A stretch of 64,000 bases of DNA, from IMG/VR virus record IMGVR_UViG_3300020367_000005. One strand, given 5' to 3'. This document shows positions 37,624 through 44,713 of this stretch, in pieces. Below the pieces are notes generated by a model, which was not told the DNA's origin, did not search any database, and saw nothing but the letters and a program-made list of their open reading frames with translations. Every line of letters begins with the position of its first letter. Positions within the stretch are counted from its first letter, which is position 1. Source of the stretch: an uncultured virus (IMG/VR IMGVR_UViG_3300020367_000005). Taxonomy: Duplodnaviria > Heunggongvirae > Uroviricota > Caudoviricetes > Kyanoviridae. Made by a program: the position numbers and the translations under genes.

Positions 37624-37659
37624 TTGTATTGTTAACTTTTGTGAATAAGTATTTATACT

Positions 37660-37767
37660 TTAAAAGATTCCAGGAATGATTTGTCCTGTGGTGACGTAAG
37701 CACCTATTGCTGCGACAAAACCAATCATGGCTGCCCAACCGTTAAACTTTTCTGCTTCTGGTGTCAT
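37660..37767 (-). CDS. hli: High-light inducible protein (35 aa)
   Basis: MTPEAEKFNGWAAMIGFVAAIGAYVTTGQIIPGIF. Confidence 0.95.
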   Translation of the reverse strand: MTPEAEKFNGWAAMIGFVAAIGAYVTTGQIIPGIF

Positions 37768-37812
37768 TTTCTTAGATTAATAGGGGTAGAAATTTAAAGA
37801 GACCTGCTTCGA

Positions 37813-38022
37813 CTAAGCAAATCCTGGAATGATCCATCCAAAGATGGAGTAGTTGATTACTGCTGCGACTAAACCAATCATCGCAAGGCGACCATTGAGT
37901 AACTCAGCATTCTTCCAATAGTCTTGGTCTTGTAAGACCTCGATTCTTGGCTCAGAAGGAAAGATGTTTTGTCTTCCACCTGATTCGGTAGTTGTGTACC
38001 GTTTTGCCACGGATTGTGTCAT
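37813..38022 (-). CDS. hli: High-light inducible protein (69 aa)
   Basis: GGRQNIFPSEP...AELLNGRLAMIG...WIIPGF; start refined. Confidence 0.93.
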   Translation of the reverse strand: MTQSVAKRYTTTESGGRQNIFPSEPRIEVLQDQDYWKNAELLNGRLAMIGLVAAVINYSIFGWIIPGFA

Positions 38023-38053
38023 AATGTTTACTTTTGTTAAGTAACGTAACAAT

Positions 38054-38083
38054 ACTATATAGCAAACCTTAAGGTCTTGTCAA
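38054..38083 (-). promoter_or_regulatory. Sigma70-type promoter of the hli cluster
   Basis: TTGACA-18 nt-TATAGT. Confidence 0.65.
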
Positions 38084-38113
38084 GCCCCTGGGGTGTGGGT
38101 ACCCCAATGTCCA

Positions 38114-38440
38114 TTACTCTTCCTTATCTGTAATATCACCAAAGGTTATGACATCACTCCCATATGAGTCAGGGATAGAGATAGTATCAGCAGCACCATA
38201 CCCATCAGTAGTGAAGGTAAGGTTATCTTCTAAGTTTATATCTGGTGTGAAGCTTATGTCAACACCTCTTCCTTCTGATAATCCTCCAAGACTCTCTTGA
38301 ATAGTTTGTAATCCTTGATAGTGTCTCCAAACCTCACCCAAAGTAGCCCTATCAAAACCTTTATCATCTACAGCAGCTTTGAATGCTTCTTTAACAGCAT
38401 CCACAGCAGTTTCAAATTTATCATGTAATCCACAAGTCAT
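38114..38440 (-). CDS. Hypothetical protein
   Basis: ORF track; coupled. Confidence 0.65.
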   Translation of the reverse strand: MTCGLHDKFETAVDAVKEAFKAAVDDKGFDRATLGEVWRHYQGLQTIQESLGGLSEGRGVDISFTPDINLEDNLTFTTDGYGAADTISIPDSYGSDVITFGDITDKEE

Positions 38441-38640
38441 TTCTTTTTCCTCAGTGTGTGTAAGTGTTCTATGATATCATCTCTGATTAACATAAGCTCA
38501 TTGTAGCACTTTTGATTGTGTGCACAAGAGCGTAGTGAATCGTCAGGTTTATGGACAGACTCGATAAAGATATCAAGTGCTCTATTCCATGATTCATCCT
38601 GAGATTCTTTAGGGATTGCCCCTTGATCCTTTAGTGCCAT
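38437..38640 (-). CDS. Hypothetical protein
   Basis: ORF track; FIESVHKPD...CAHNQKCYNELM. Confidence 0.7.
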   Translation of the reverse strand: MALKDQGAIPKESQDESWNRALDIFIESVHKPDDSLRSCAHNQKCYNELMLIRDDIIEHLHTLRKKK

Positions 38641-38647
38641 TCTTCCT

Positions 38648-39253
38648 TTATATAAAAGAGAACCAACCTGTTATGATTTGTTTCTCCGATGTGTGACTGA
38701 CTCGACCTCGATGGAAATGAGTCCAATCGGCAGGCCATATGACAGTATAACCCTTTTGAGCAGGGACATACTTGTCTTGGTGGTACCATTCAGTGCCTCC
38801 ATCTGGCACATCATTAAGGTATGTCATAAAGACTAGGTGTCTGTATACATTACCTGGTAGAGGACTTAACCTTTCGGTATGCCACTCCTTGAATCCACCA
38901 CCTACAGGATAACATTGTAAACTAAGAGGTTCCACTATCTGAAACCGTGAGGTCTCACAGAAAGGGAACCTTTCACAATACTTTGTTAGCACCTCCTGTA
39001 GTGCTTGATTATATTCCTGCACCATTGGTACACCCAACTGATGAGGAATATGCACATCCATTGAGTCTTTGTAATCTTTATTGACTCCAATATCTCCATG
39101 CTCATACACTTGACCAGGTGTGACAGGTAAGATGTCCTGCTTCTCCCAGAAAAGCATAAGTGCATCACAGATCTTAGTATCTATAAAATCTCCCCATATA
39201 AAATCATCAATCCTTTGACAGAATCTTCCTTTATATGTTACAACTTCGCTCAT
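38648..39253 (-). CDS. 2OG-Fe(II) oxygenase (prolyl-4-hydroxylase-like)
   Basis: WHTE...MTYLNDVPDGGT...WPADWTHFHRG. Confidence 0.88.
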   Translation of the reverse strand: MSEVVTYKGRFCQRIDDFIWGDFIDTKICDALMLFWEKQDILPVTPGQVYEHGDIGVNKDYKDSMDVHIPHQLGVPMVQEYNQALQEVLTKYCERFPFCETSRFQIVEPLSLQCYPVGGGFKEWHTERLSPLPGNVYRHLVFMTYLNDVPDGGTEWYHQDKYVPAQKGYTVIWPADWTHFHRGRVSHTSEKQIITGWFSFI

Positions 39254-39268
39254 CGATTTATTCTAGCA

Positions 39269-39784
39269 CTATGGGATATAATGTGCAAGTCCTGCAACAA
39301 CACACCTACCATCCACATCTGATGGAGGTACAGCATGATATGCATTACCTTGTAGGACTAACATCTGTCCTGGATCTGGTTCGACCTCTTCGTATTCTAA
39401 CTGAGTAGGTGAACATCCTTTAGGTGCGTTTACATAGTAAACAAACGCTAGAGTATATGGAAAGTGATTATGTTTCATCACTCCCTCACCTCTATTATAT
39501 AACAGAGACCAACACTCTATGATTTTCATCTTCTCTGGGTAGCATCCACCTTCCCCCTCAGCATACGTTGCTGTTGCCATGGGTATGATTTCCTCTATCC
39601 AATCCATTAATTTAGAAACTGTTGGGTGATTTCTATTTTCAAAACCCCAAAACCAACCTGTCCTCTGACCACCACCTTTAACTGGTAGTCTAGTGCTTCT
39701 CTTTACTACATCTAATATCTCAGCATTAAACTGGTCTATCTTATGAGGATCTATATGAGATCTAATATCATATGTTAGATGCAT
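39269..39784 (-). CDS. 2OG-Fe(II) oxygenase-like protein
   Basis: HNH...FVYYV...YHAVPP...R. Confidence 0.8.
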   Translation of the reverse strand: MHLTYDIRSHIDPHKIDQFNAEILDVVKRSTRLPVKGGGQRTGWFWGFENRNHPTVSKLMDWIEEIIPMATATYAEGEGGCYPEKMKIIECWSLLYNRGEGVMKHNHFPYTLAFVYYVNAPKGCSPTQLEYEEVEPDPGQMLVLQGNAYHAVPPSDVDGRCVVAGLAHYIP

Positions 39785-40394
39785 CTCTTTTCACATAAAC
39801 TTTTCTTATTGGATCTCCTTGCCACATTTCCCTCTTAACTACATCAACCTTACCTCTAAGATTATAGGAGATGATAGTGCGTGGTACTTTAGACCTGTTT
39901 CTTGGTGCTTCATGTAGAATAGTTGAAGGCCACAGTAACATGTCACCCTCCTTAGCAGGTGGTTCAAATGTCTCTACGTTACCCGACCATGGGTTTAAGA
40001 ATGGTGAGTAGAAAGTAGTAGGTCTATGTATCTCAGGGTGAAAGTCAACATATATTATTGCTGACCAACCACTGTGACCATGATTGTGCACAGGGTGGTC
40101 TGTCCCTAAAGGATATGTTTGATGCCACATATCAGTAAACTCCACTCGACGTTGGTCAGTGAAGTCTGCTAAGTATGGTTTAATAATATCAATAACTACG
40201 TCTGCATAAGGGGGCAACTCATCGTTACCTTCCTTAGCATTGACAAAGAAATCCGTAATCAAACCTTCATCCTCAGGAGCTTGATGTTCAGGGTTGTCCT
40301 TAGGTAATGCTTGAAGAATCTTTTGTTTATTTACATCCCAATTCTCTATCTCATAATGAATGATAGGAATGGAAAACATACTATAGACTGACAT
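39768..40394 (-). CDS. 2OG-Fe(II) oxygenase-like protein
   Basis: HPVHNHG...WPSTILHE...RTIISYN. Confidence 0.82.
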   Translation of the reverse strand: MSVYSMFSIPIIHYEIENWDVNKQKILQALPKDNPEHQAPEDEGLITDFFVNAKEGNDELPPYADVVIDIIKPYLADFTDQRRVEFTDMWHQTYPLGTDHPVHNHGHSGWSAIIYVDFHPEIHRPTTFYSPFLNPWSGNVETFEPPAKEGDMLLWPSTILHEAPRNRSKVPRTIISYNLRGKVDVVKREMWQGDPIRKVYVKRDASNI

Positions 40395-40713
40395 GTTTTA
40401 TAAACCACTCGGCATCAACAACAGCAAGAGCCTTCTTCTTATTCTTCTTCATGAATAGGATAGGTTGATGGTCTCCTGCATTAGCACACGCTTGATCGTA
40501 TGCATCATATACATTTAACTTCTCTTGATTCTTACATTCTATACTAAAGGGAAACTTTTGTCTAGCATCCCTAGCCATAATCAAGTCTTCTCCACCTGCA
40601 CCCATACTTCTAGACTCTATGTCTTCTGGATGTATATTTCTATTCTCTATCAGTTGGTCTCTCACCCACTGCTGGAACTTTCTTCCTTTCGCTTTCGCAC
40701 TTTGCGGTTTCAT
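40381..40713 (-). CDS. PD-(D/E)XK Holliday-junction-resolvase-like endonuclease
   Basis: SAKAKGR...GEDL...SIECKNQE. Confidence 0.7.
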   Translation of the reverse strand: MKPQSAKAKGRKFQQWVRDQLIENRNIHPEDIESRSMGAGGEDLIMARDARQKFPFSIECKNQEKLNVYDAYDQACANAGDHQPILFMKKNKKKALAVVDAEWFIKHVSL

Positions 40714-41237
40714 AACATATCAACTGCGGCTGGTAGCAGTGCCCATTCTTTCATGTGGACTGCTCTTGTTAGTGACTCAACAGTGTCATCAGGTTTGATT
40801 GGTACCTCACCTTGTAGTATTATCTCACCAGAGTCTAACTCTTCAGTGACATAATGCACAGTGCACCCTGTCTTTTCGTCACCATTATTTAGTGCCTGTT
40901 CAATAGCATGTAATCCCTTATACTTTGGTAGTAATGAGGGGTGTAGATTAATTATCTTTCTAGGAAATGAATCTACAAAATGCTTTGACAATATCTTCAT
41001 CCATCCTGCTAATACTATTATATCAACACCCGCCCATTTCAATTCATTTATTATCCAGTTCTCATCGTTACTATATGCAGAAGGTATACCTAATGCTCCT
41101 GCTCTAGCTCTTGCTTTACAATCTTTCTTGTTGTATATCATTAATACAACTTCATGTTTGGTGCATGTCCTTACAATATTCTCGAAGTTAGATCCGTTAC
41201 CGCTACACAGCACCCCTATCTTCTTTCGGCTGACCAT
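40710..41237 (-). CDS. purN: Phosphoribosylglycinamide formyltransferase
   Basis: SGNGSNF, LAGWMKIL, NLHPSLLP, GCTVHYV...LDSG. Confidence 0.95.
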   Translation of the reverse strand: MVSRKKIGVLCSGNGSNFENIVRTCTKHEVVLMIYNKKDCKARARAGALGIPSAYSNDENWIINELKWAGVDIIVLAGWMKILSKHFVDSFPRKIINLHPSLLPKYKGLHAIEQALNNGDEKTGCTVHYVTEELDSGEIILQGEVPIKPDDTVESLTRAVHMKEWALLPAAVDML

Positions 41238-41382
41238 AAGTTTTATATTCTAATTGTTCTTTTAAAAACTCGACCTCTGCTTTGAGATCATTCTTCTCCA
41301 ACTCTAGTTTTTTAATCTCTTGTTCGTAAACAATAATCATATTCTCTAGTGATTCCTTTTTAACTTCACACTCCCAGTCCAT
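41203..41382 (-). CDS. Small coiled-coil protein (59 aa)
   Basis: MDWECEVKKESLENMIIVYEQEIKKLELEKNDLKAEVEFLKEQLEYK... Confidence 0.65.
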   Translation of the reverse strand: MDWECEVKKESLENMIIVYEQEIKKLELEKNDLKAEVEFLKEQLEYKTYGQPKEDRGAV

Positions 41383-41422
41383 CTCATATCATCCACCCTT
41401 GCACTAAAGGATAGATGTATTT

Positions 41423-41725
41423 CTATTTAGATTCTAATGGATAATCTGGCTCTGGATCATCAATGCAATGTTTGAATTTGTCAACATCAAAGTATGATAC
41501 ACCAGGAGGTGTGGGATTGTCAACTGCTTGACCTAATTGTTTCTTATATTCTCTCTCGTCTAGTACTTCATTGATAAGGATCTTCATCTCCTTAACATAA
41601 CTCTCAGTAAATAATCTCTTAGGTGTGATGATTGCTTTGGGAAGGTTCTCTTGCTGCTCTGCTAAAGGTCTCCCTTTATAGTTAGGGTCAGCAGGACCAC
41701 TCATCCCTTGGGTATCAATTTTCAT
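41423..41725 (-). CDS. Hypothetical protein
   Basis: ORF track. Confidence 0.65.
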   Translation of the reverse strand: MKIDTQGMSGPADPNYKGRPLAEQQENLPKAIITPKRLFTESYVKEMKILINEVLDEREYKKQLGQAVDNPTPPGVSYFDVDKFKHCIDDPEPDYPLESK

Positions 41726-41751
41726 AAAAAATGGGGAGTTTTATCTCCCCA
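41726..41751 (-). terminator. Intrinsic terminator after the DUF4278 gene
   Basis: TGGGGAG-ATAAAA-CTCCCCA-TTTTTT. Confidence 0.75.
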
Positions 41752-41759
41752 CTATTTAG

Positions 41760-41882
41760 TTAGACAGCAACTGCTTTGCTGTCATGCTTTACTCCACGAT
41801 ATGTAAGAGAAGCATTGCTCTTGCTGTTAGAGCGACTATCGTTAGTGTCATACTTGACACCACGGTAAGTGACTTGTGCCAT
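41760..41882 (-). CDS. DUF4278-family peptide (40 aa)
   Basis: MAQVTYRGVKYDTNDSRSNSKSNASLTYRGVKHDSKAVAV; two TYRGVxY/H repeats; GAGGA Shine-Dalgarno. Confidence 0.85.
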   Translation of the reverse strand: MAQVTYRGVKYDTNDSRSNSKSNASLTYRGVKHDSKAVAV

Positions 41883-41911
41883 TGGCTTGTCCTCAGGTAG
41901 GGTGAATAACC

Positions 41912-42111
41912 CGTTCCTTCAGTCGGCATTTGCGTCCTCTGGAAAACATGCTGGATCAGTATGTGCAATAATAACCCTTGTTAATTCCAATCTCTCGGTC
42001 TTATTAGGATTGTTACTTACATTTTCTAATAGCTCAGCAGTGTGGTCACAATCAAGTGGTGCACCGATAGCTATTAAACTGAGTAGTATGTGATACATAA
42101 GGATGAACGAT
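41912..42111 (-). ncRNA. glnA-type glutamine riboswitch aptamer 2, split by an ORF in its variable stem
   Basis: 5' half AUCGUUCAUCC (42111-42101); 3' half GGACGCAAAUGCCGACUGAAGGAACG (41937-41912). Confidence 0.65.
41919..42098 (-). CDS. 59-aa ORF nested in the riboswitch
   Basis: MYHILLSLIAIGAPLDCDHTAELLENVSNNPNKTERLELTRVIIAHTDPACFPEDANAD; hydrophobic N-terminus, two Cys. Confidence 0.65.
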   Translation of the reverse strand: MYHILLSLIAIGAPLDCDHTAELLENVSNNPNKTERLELTRVIIAHTDPACFPEDANAD

Positions 42112-42115
42112 AATC

Positions 42116-42157
42116 CGTTCCGTGTCGGCTTACTTGCGGTCTGTAATAGACTGAACG
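42116..42157 (-). ncRNA. glnA/Downstream-peptide-type glutamine riboswitch aptamer 1
   Basis: CGUUCA-GUCU/AGAC-CGCAAGUAAGCCGACACGGAACG with P1 CGUUC/GAACG. Confidence 0.65.
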
Positions 42158-42182
42158 TAATAGTATGTTAGCATACTATGAC

Positions 42183-42190
42183 TATTTATG
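42183..42190 (-). promoter_or_regulatory. Late promoter CATAAATA for the riboswitch unit
   Basis: NATAAATA followed by hairpin AUAGUAUG/CAUACUAU and the first aptamer. Confidence 0.55.
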
Positions 42191-42395
42191 CACTTTTTTT
42201 GTTATCTTTGATACTTTTCTTAACACCCTTCCGAGTCGTGCGTTTGCTCGTACTGTCTGGATGTGGCGTACACTTCTTCTGCCTCTTTAAATCCCTCTTC
42301 AAGGATCTCAGAAAAGATAAGTGGTCCCTTATACCAGCTTTCGGGTCTTTCAGCGAGCGGATCATCCTCTCTTCGGGTGTCTTCCATCGACTCAT
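42186..42395 (-). CDS. Basic hypothetical protein (alternative frame 42220-42387 is also open)
   Basis: ORF track. Confidence 0.45.
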   Translation of the reverse strand: MSRWKTPEERMIRSLKDPKAGIRDHLSFLRSLKRDLKRQKKCTPHPDSTSKRTTRKGVKKSIKDNKKSA

Positions 42396-42433
42396 CTTCT
42401 TTAAACCATTGTTTTCTAACCTTCTTCCAAAGA

Positions 42434-43570
42434 TCAGAGCTTAAATCCGCTAAAGGTATTAGATTCGACATCCTGTTTAATTCCTCCAACTATGTAAGAT
42501 TCAATCTCAGTTTCCTGAGGTGCATTTTGTTGTCCTTTGCTATTTAGCCAGTGTTCTGTCCAAGGTAAAGGATTATTCTTAGCTGGAATGTCATAAATTG
42601 GATCTAATTTGATTGCTTTCATTCTTCTGTTAGCAATCCATTCAACGTATTGTGATAGTAATCTCTCATTAAGACCTATCATACTGCCATCTTTAAATAG
42701 ATATCTAGCCCACTCTTTCTCTTCCTCCACTGCGTCCCTAAACATTCGGATCACAGTTTCCTTTTCTTCCTCCATAATCTCTTGGATTACAGGGTCATCA
42801 CCCTTCCTCCATTTGTAAATTATTTTCTGAGTAAGTGCAAGATGCTGACTTTCGTCTCGTGCGATGAGAGAGATAATCTTAGCGGATCCCTCCATAAGTT
42901 TGAGTTCACCAAACGCAAACGAGCAAGCGAATGAGACATAGAATCTGATGCCTTCAAGAATGTTAACATTAGTAATTGCAAGATAAAGAGCACGTTTAAG
43001 ATCTTTTATTGTCCACTGATGACTTGGTGATGACCTGGCATCCTTAGCCCATAGGTTACCACTAGCATACTGACCTGCGTATTCAATAAAAGAATTATAA
43101 GCCTGAGTAACTGACTCAGCCCTTGCTAGTATCTTATCGTCATCTAATACGCTGTCAAATACTTCACTAGGGTCTGCATAAACATTCTTAATAATATGTG
43201 TGTATGATCTACTATGAATCTGCTCCATAAATTCCCACACACCCATGCACCCTTCCAATTCTGGTAAAGAACAGAAGGGACTGAATGCCATACCTGGTCC
43301 TCTTCCTTGCACTGAGTCAAGAAGGATCTGATACTTCAGGTTACTTGTATATATGTGCTTCTGTTGCTCTGTTAGGGTTTTGTAATCTGCTCTATCTTTT
43401 TGTAAGGAAACCTCTTCTGGTCTCCAGAAATAACCCAGTTGTGTCTGAGTTAACTTATCAAAGTCAGGGTATTTGTATTCATCATACCGTTGCATACCCA
43501 AGGGAGCACCAAAGAACATAGGTTGTTTGGTGGTGTCTACTTTAGTAGTATTAAAGACCGTTAGTCCCAT
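42434..43570 (-). CDS. nrdB: Ribonucleotide reductase class Ia beta subunit
   Basis: FWRPEEV, EQIHSRSY, LEGIRFYVSF, RDESQH, APQETEIESY. Confidence 0.98.
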   Translation of the reverse strand: MGLTVFNTTKVDTTKQPMFFGAPLGMQRYDEYKYPDFDKLTQTQLGYFWRPEEVSLQKDRADYKTLTEQQKHIYTSNLKYQILLDSVQGRGPGMAFSPFCSLPELEGCMGVWEFMEQIHSRSYTHIIKNVYADPSEVFDSVLDDDKILARAESVTQAYNSFIEYAGQYASGNLWAKDARSSPSHQWTIKDLKRALYLAITNVNILEGIRFYVSFACSFAFGELKLMEGSAKIISLIARDESQHLALTQKIIYKWRKGDDPVIQEIMEEEKETVIRMFRDAVEEEKEWARYLFKDGSMIGLNERLLSQYVEWIANRRMKAIKLDPIYDIPAKNNPLPWTEHWLNSKGQQNAPQETEIESYIVGGIKQDVESNTFSGFKL

Positions 43571-43803
43571 TTCTTATTAAACTCTTTGAAGGATGATTGT
43601 AGTTGCCCTGTGTTTTCATCAGGATAATCAGGTTTGATCCCCTTCATCTTGTTGTAATCGTTGTGCATCGCTTGGAGTAACCATGCCTGTGCTAGTTGAT
43701 GGGGTCCCTCTGTCAATAACTGGATTTGTAATTTCGATAGACCAGCCTTCATCTCCAAATACTCCTGTCTCCAGGATGTGTCCTGCGTGTTTTCTTCTGT
43801 CAT
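43561..43803 (-). CDS. Hypothetical protein
   Basis: WRQEYL...GPHQLAQAWLLQAM; GGAGGA upstream of ATG 43803; stop overlaps the nrdB start. Confidence 0.65.
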   Translation of the reverse strand: MTEENTQDTSWRQEYLEMKAGLSKLQIQLLTEGPHQLAQAWLLQAMHNDYNKMKGIKPDYPDENTGQLQSSFKEFNKKWD

Positions 43804-44020
43804 CTTCCTCCCACTGTTGGATAAGTTGTGCTGTTTGGTCATCAACCTGATTCATGGTTTGGATAATCTTACCATCAATCCAGATTTTTTTCAACCATGC
43901 TATGAAACCGAGTGAGAAATACTTGACAAACCAGTTTGGTTGTCGGTATGCCCACCTCTCCATCTTAGCATACCATGGGTCAGACCCAGGTCCGAATTGT
44001 CGTGAAAATTCGTATTTCAT
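43628..44020 (-). CDS. Hypothetical protein
   Basis: ORF starts immediately after the ho1 stop. Confidence 0.6.
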   Translation of the reverse strand: MKYEFSRQFGPGSDPWYAKMERWAYRQPNWFVKYFSLGFIAWLKKIWIDGKIIQTMNQVDDQTAQLIQQWEEDDRRKHAGHILETGVFGDEGWSIEITNPVIDRGTPSTSTGMVTPSDAQRLQQDEGDQT

Positions 44021-44713
44021 TTACCATGGACGTGTCTGTGCTGTACCTTTGATAGTATTCCAAAGGAGTTTAAGCACAGACTTACCTGTATCTCCTTGGA
44101 TTTCATCAAAGATATACATGTTTAAACGGAAAGCATAATTTGCTTCAGTAATAAGAGCATTCTTTTGTTGCTCACTTAACACCAGACAATCTAGGGCTGC
44201 TCTATAGTCAGTCTTAAATGCCTTGGCATCTGTAATATGTGGAAAATCATAGAAGTGTAAACCCTCACCCTCTGGTGGGTTGAGTGCCTTCTTAGCTATT
44301 CCTCTCAATATTTGTCCACCAGACAGGTCACCTATGTAACGTGTGTAGTGGTGTGCTATGAGTAAGTAAGGGTCATTGTCTGAGACCTCACGAATCCTAT
44401 GCACATAAGTCTTTGCAGCTTCAGATGGTTCTAAGTTATCCCTAAACATAGGACCAAAGAAATATCTCAGGTCTCTCTCTAGGAATGATGACCTGTTAAG
44501 TTTAACACACCATTGCTTTAATGTCGATGCTAAAGGGTCATTTGTTTCACGAATCTCTGCTTCCATGTTGGAATACACATGGTAGAAGTTGACTAACAAC
44601 TTCCTATATTCCTCAGGGTCTACACAACCCTTAAGGAATGATGATACAAACTTAGTATTCTCTGCTGCGTTATGGGACTTCTTAGTCCCTTCTTTTATCT
44701 CTGTACTAAACAT
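44021..44713 (-). CDS. ho1: Heme oxygenase
   Basis: KEGTKKSHNAAEN, AHHYTRYIGDLSGGQ, EANYAFRLN; start refined. Confidence 0.95.
   Translation of the reverse strand: MFSTEIKEGTKKSHNAAENTKFVSSFLKGCVDPEEYRKLLVNFYHVYSNMEAEIRETNDPLASTLKQWCVKLNRSSFLERDLRYFFGPMFRDNLEPSEAAKTYVHRIREVSDNDPYLLIAHHYTRYIGDLSGGQILRGIAKKALNPPEGEGLHFYDFPHITDAKAFKTDYRAALDCLVLSEQQKNALITEANYAFRLNMYIFDEIQGDTGKSVLKLLWNTIKGTAQTRPW

Noticed and set aside
37508..37738. 76-aa minus-strand ORF and 37392-37679 plus-strand ORF from the track
   Set aside because: Both overlap the clear 35-aa hli and the 59-aa membrane ORF in other frames
38023..38053. HLR1/RpaB or NtcA-like sites near the hli promoter (GTTAC and TTAACA elements)
   Set aside because: Matches are partial and the spacing is not canonical; expected by chance in AT-rich DNA
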